Source: an uncultured bacterium (GTDB taxonomy: Bacteria > Patescibacteriota > Minisyncoccia > Phycocordibacterales > Phycocordibacteraceae). Taken from it: DNA of 64,000 bases. Location of the stretch: the NCBI GenBank assembly GCA_937879955.1, contig CALFMK010000001.1:5461-69460 (forward strand), in the 5' to 3' direction. The position numbers and the translations under genes were made by a program. Of this stretch, positions 63,572-64,000 are shown one piece after another. The notes under the pieces are model-generated. The model was not told where the DNA came from, ran no database searches, and saw only the letters and a list, made by a program, of their open reading frames with translations. Position 1 is the stretch's first letter; each line of letters opens with the position of its first letter.

Positions 63572-64000
63572 ATGGCAATGGTAGAAGAAAATCTGATACT
63601 TTCCCTCTTGAAGAAAGAGTTTCCGAAGGCGCCCGAACAGGTATTGAGACAATGGCTTGCTCCAGCTGTTAAGAAGGACGGTTGGCCACCGACCGGACTT
63701 CATTGGATCGGTGTATTGGGGAAAAGGGATCTGGATTTCTGGAAAAAGAAGGAATGGTCCCTTAAGGACGTTAACCTCGAAGAAGCTTCCTGGGATTACG
63801 ATACTAGGTACGCGGCAGAAAAGGTGCTCGAAGGGTTTGTTGCATCTCAAGAATCTGAAGTCCTCTTCTCTGATTCTCATGAGAAGCAGAAGGTCATACG
63901 AGCACTTAAGCACCTTTCAGTCGAAGGAAGCTTCTTCGAGCCGATAACCGCATTTCTCGTAGAAAACGAATCTGGTGGCTACTCGCTCGTAGACGGATTC
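63572..64000 (+). CDS. Hypothetical protein, 5' fragment running off the window. Its reading frame stays open to the window end.
   Basis: A 143-codon open frame (MAMVEENLILSLLKKEFPKAPEQVLRQWLAPAVKKDGWPP...) with no stop before 64000. It is low GC. I prefer it over the overlapping minus-strand ORF 63524..63913, which has low-complexity, junk-like composition. Confidence 0.4.
   Translation, partial: MAMVEENLILSLLKKEFPKAPEQVLRQWLAPAVKKDGWPPTGLHWIGVLGKRDLDFWKKKEWSLKDVNLEEASWDYDTRYAAEKVLEGFVASQESEVLFSDSHEKQKVIRALKHLSVEGSFFEPITAFLVENESGGYSLVDGF

Noticed and set aside
63524-63913. 129-aa minus-strand ORF at the window end.
   Set aside because: Its translation is low-complexity. The overlapping plus-strand open frame at 63572 onward is more protein-like and has no stop through to the window end.
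1-64000. CRISPR arrays and mobile elements (transposases, integrases).
   Set aside because: I found no regularly spaced direct repeats. I recognised no DDE or tyrosine-recombinase genes. The only repeats are the two palindromic hairpins and the paralogous gene pairs described above.

Overview
This 64-kb window comes from a high-GC (about 65-67%) bacterial chromosome and is mostly housekeeping genes on both strands. It carries class I ribonucleotide reductase nrdA-nrdB behind a long structured leader, tdk, hpf, the def-fmt pair and murA. It has two mreB paralogs, with the second running into mreC-mreD-pbp2(mrdA)-greA. There is a truncated dcw block mraZ-rsmH-ftsL-ftsI-murF with no murE, mraY or others. 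Other housekeeping includes a short delta-prime-like gene, frr, rseP, a short INS-less proS, truB, radC, a P-type ATPase, rmuC, rplU, recR-dnaB-cysS, corA, an S41 peptidase, rplI, rpmA, a DnaQ-like exonuclease and a LOG-family gene. Also present are tRNA-Asn(GUU), tRNA-Glu(CUC), two two-component systems and many small exported or membrane-anchored hypothetical proteins. The most unusual region is a minus-strand run at 41.7-45.2 kb. It holds two tandem ctrA-family response-regulator genes, each with its own TTGACA promoter and hairpin terminator; one paralog has the phospho-acceptor Asp replaced by Ser. Beside them is a receiver-less protein made of two CtrA-type winged-helix domains fused to a DUF1153-like C-terminal domain. 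Other notable items are a bacterial SET-domain protein and two low-GC, apparently acquired islands. The first, at 5.85-9.2 kb, encodes a beta-helix/Ig/peptidoglycan-binding surface protein. The second starts at about 63.0 kb and runs off the window end. There is a cobalamin-riboswitch-like leader upstream of nrdA, and a 15-nt motif shared upstream of nrdA and nrdB. Many genes have a -10 box only 5-10 nt upstream of the start codon, suggesting leaderless mRNAs, although other genes use Shine-Dalgarno sites. A perfect 22-nt palindromic hairpin occurs twice, and there is a tandem pair of paralogous small hydrophobic peptide ORFs. I found no CRISPR array, transposase or integrase. Taxonomic signals are mixed: alphaproteobacterial hallmarks (CtrA, DUF1153, INS-less ProRS) sit alongside monoderm-like cell-wall enzymes and a streamlined gene order. 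All non-CDS coordinates are approximate, within a few nt.
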